Source of the DNA: Neoechinorhynchus agilis
Lineage: Eukaryota > Animalia > Acanthocephala
Direction of reading: 5' to 3'
Length of the DNA stretch: 64,000 bases
Assembly (NCBI GenBank): GCA_051530055.1
Contig: CM121342.1
Span: 6,613,749-6,677,748, forward strand
Below, in pieces: positions 61,525-64,000 of the stretch. The notes under the pieces were generated by a model. That model saw nothing but the letters and a program-made list of their open reading frames with translations. It made no database searches and was not told where the DNA came from. Position 1 is the stretch's first letter; every line of letters begins with the position of its first letter. Made by a program: the position numbers and the translations under genes.

Positions 61525-64000
61525 ATCAAAACACGAATCAAGGATCCGAAATCAAGGGTTTTCTAGGTATTTCTTTCTAGATTCTATTAAGATTTTCATT
61601 TAAGGGAAGAGAAAAATTAGAGCTCTTTTAATTTTGTAGAATCCAAACACAAATCAAGGATCCGAAATCAAGGATTTTCTTGGTATTTCTTTCTAGATTC
61701 TATTAAGATTTCCATTTAAGGGAAGGGAAAAATTAGAGCTCTTTTAATTTTGTAGAATCCAAACACAAATCAAGGATCCGAAATCAAGGATTTTCGTGGC
61801 ATTTCTTTTTAGATTCTATTAAGATTTTCATTTAAGTGAAGGAAAAATTAGAGCTCTGTTAATTTTGTAGAATCCAAACACAAATCAGGGATCCGAAATC
61901 AAGGATTTTCTTGGTATTTCTTTTTAGATTCTATTAAGATTTTCATTTAAGTGAAGGAAAAATTAGAGCTCTGTTAATTTTGAAGAAAACAAACACGAAT
62001 CAGGGATCCGAAATCAAGGATTTTCTTGGTATTTCTTTCTAGATTCTATAAAGATTTTCATTTAAGGGAAGGGAAAAATTAGAGCTCTGTTAATTTTGGA
62101 GAAAAGAAACACGAATCAAGGATCCGAAATCAAGGATTTTCTTGGTTTCTTTTTAGATTCTATTAAGATTTTCATTTAAGTGAAGGAAAAATTAGAGCTC
62201 TGTTAATTTTGGAGAAAACAAACACGAATCAGGGATCCGAAATCAAGGATTTTCTTGGTATTTCTTTCTAGATTCTATAAAGATTTTCATTTAAGGGAAG
62301 AGAAAATTAGAGCTCTGTTAATTTTGGAGAAAAGAAACACGAATCAAGGATCCGAAATCAAGGATTTTCTTGGTATTTCTTTCTAGATTCTATAAAGATT
62401 TTCATTTAAGGGAAGGGAAAAATTAGAGCTCTGTTAATTTTGGAGAAAAGAAACACGAATCAAGGATCCGAAATCAAGGATTTTCTTGGTATTTCTTTCT
62501 AGATTCTATAAAGATTTCCATTTAAGGGAAGAGAAAATTAGAGCTCTGTTAATTTTGTAGAATCCAAACACGAATCAAGGATCCGAAATCAAGGATTTTC
62601 TTGGTATTTCTTTCTAGATTCTATTAAGATTTTCATTTAAGGGAAGGAAAAATTAGAGCTCTGTTAATTTTGGAGAAAAGAAACACGAATCAAGGATCCG
62701 AAATCAAGGATTTTCTTGGTATTTCTTTTTAGATTCTATAAAGATTTCCATTTAAGGGAAGAGAAAATTAGAGCTCTGTTAATTTTGTAGAATACAAACA
62801 CGAATCAAGGATCCGAAATCAAGGATTTTCTTGGTATTTCTTTCTAGATTCTATTAAGATTTTCATTTAAGGGAAGGAAAAATTAGAGCTCTGTTAATTT
62901 TGGAGAAAAGAAACACGAATCAAGGATCCGAAATCAAGGATTTTCTTGGTATTTCTTTCTAGATTCTATAAAGATTTTCATTTAAGGGAAGAGAAAAATT
63001 AGAGCTCTTTTAATTTTGTAGAATACAAACACAAATCAAGGATCCGAAATCAAGATTTTCTTGGTATTTCTTTCTAGATTCTATAAGATTTTCATTTAAG
63101 GGAAGGAAAAATTAGAGCTCTGTTAATTTTGTAGAATCCAAACACAAATCAAGGATCCGAAATCAAGGATTTTCTTGGTATTTCTTTTTAGATTCTATTA
63201 AGATTTTCATTTAAGTGAAGGAAAAATTAGAGCTCTGTTAATTTTGGAGAAAAGAAACACGAATCAGGGATCCGAAATCAAGGATTTTCTTGGTATTTCT
63301 TTCTAGATTCTATAAAGATTTCCATTTAAGGGAAGAGAAAATTAGAGCTCTGTTAATTTTGGAGAAAAGAAACACGAATCAAGGATCCGAAATCAAGGAT
63401 TTTCTTGGTATTTCTTTTTAGATTCTATTAAGATTTTCATTTAAGGGAAGGGAAAAATTAGAGCTCTGTTAATTTTGGAGAAAAGAAACACGAATCAAGG
63501 ATCCGAAATCAAGGATTTTCTTGGTATTTCTTTCTAGATTCTATAAAGATTTTCATTTAAGGGAAGGGAAAAATTAGAGCTCTGTTAATTTGGAGAAAAG
63601 AACACGAATCAAGGATCCGAAATCAAGGATTTTCTTGGTATTTCTTTCTAGATTCTATAAAGATTTCCATTTAAGGGAAGAGAAAAATTAGAGCTCTGTT
63701 AATTTTGGAGAAAACAAACACGAATCAAGGATCCGAAATCAAGGATTTTCTTGGTATTTCTTTCTAGATTCTATTAAGATTTTCATTTAAGGGAAGAGAA
63801 AAATTAGAGCTCTTTTAATTTTGTAGAATCCAAACACAAATCAAGGATCCGAAATCAAGGATTTTCTTGGTATTTCTTTCTAGATTCTATAAAGATTTTC
63901 ATTTAAGGGAAGGGAAAAATTAGAGCTCTGTTAATTTTGGAGAAAAGAAACACGAATCAAGGATCCGAAATCAAGGATTTTCTTGGTATTTCTTTCTAGA
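61525..64000. repeat. Satellite, ~116 bp unit, >21 copies, runs off the right edge
   Basis: AAACAC(G/A)AATCAAGGATCCGAAATCAAGG at 61529, 61645, 61761 and onward. Confidence 0.97.

Noticed and set aside
354-64000. CRISPR array interpretation of the regular repeats, including the repeat-spacer look of 22077-26072
   Set aside because: The DNA is eukaryotic, the spacers are near-identical rather than unique, and there are no cas genes.
61525-64000. Spliced-leader or snRNA gene array (Sm-site-like AATTTTGGA in the 116-bp unit)
   Set aside because: The motif is present in only some units, no leader/donor hairpin is recognisable, and the unit is too short to hold a gene plus promoter.
1-64000. Alternative genetic code (stop-codon reassignment)
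   Set aside because: TGA follows the conserved HOIL-1 C-terminus and TAA follows the dynein C-terminus; in-frame stops elsewhere fall in introns.

Overview
AT-rich eukaryotic genomic DNA, almost certainly from a ciliated invertebrate animal with a compact genome. The standard code is supported by TGA/TAA stops directly after conserved C-termini, and most introns are GT-AG and about 35-60 nt. Recognisable genes in order: KChIP-type calcium sensor (-, runs off the left edge), MARVEL-like 4-TM protein (-), secreted LRR protein (-), HOIL-1/RBCK1 RBR ligase (-), PIGO GPI ethanolamine-phosphate transferase (-), a SLIMP-like seryl-tRNA synthetase paralog (-), FBXL2/20-like F-box/LRR protein (+, 3' end not found) and a DNAH1-like axonemal dynein heavy chain (+, 5' end not found). 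Roughly 25 kb (about 40%) is tandem repeat from about 14 unrelated families, many filling single introns, plus several small TIR/hairpin elements. The most striking observation is the 4-kb, ~183-bp array at 22077-26072 inside the SLIMP-like gene. It is exactly 22 GT...AG intron-like units separated by 21 micro-exon-like spacers, and including one 28-nt spacer, but not zero, two or three, joins the upstream ATG exon in frame to the gene body and creates a mitochondrial-presequence-like N-terminus. Caveat: homopolymer variation and several unresolved junctions suggest indel errors in the assembly, so all frame arguments need transcript confirmation. No database searches were run; protein identities rest on recalled family motifs.
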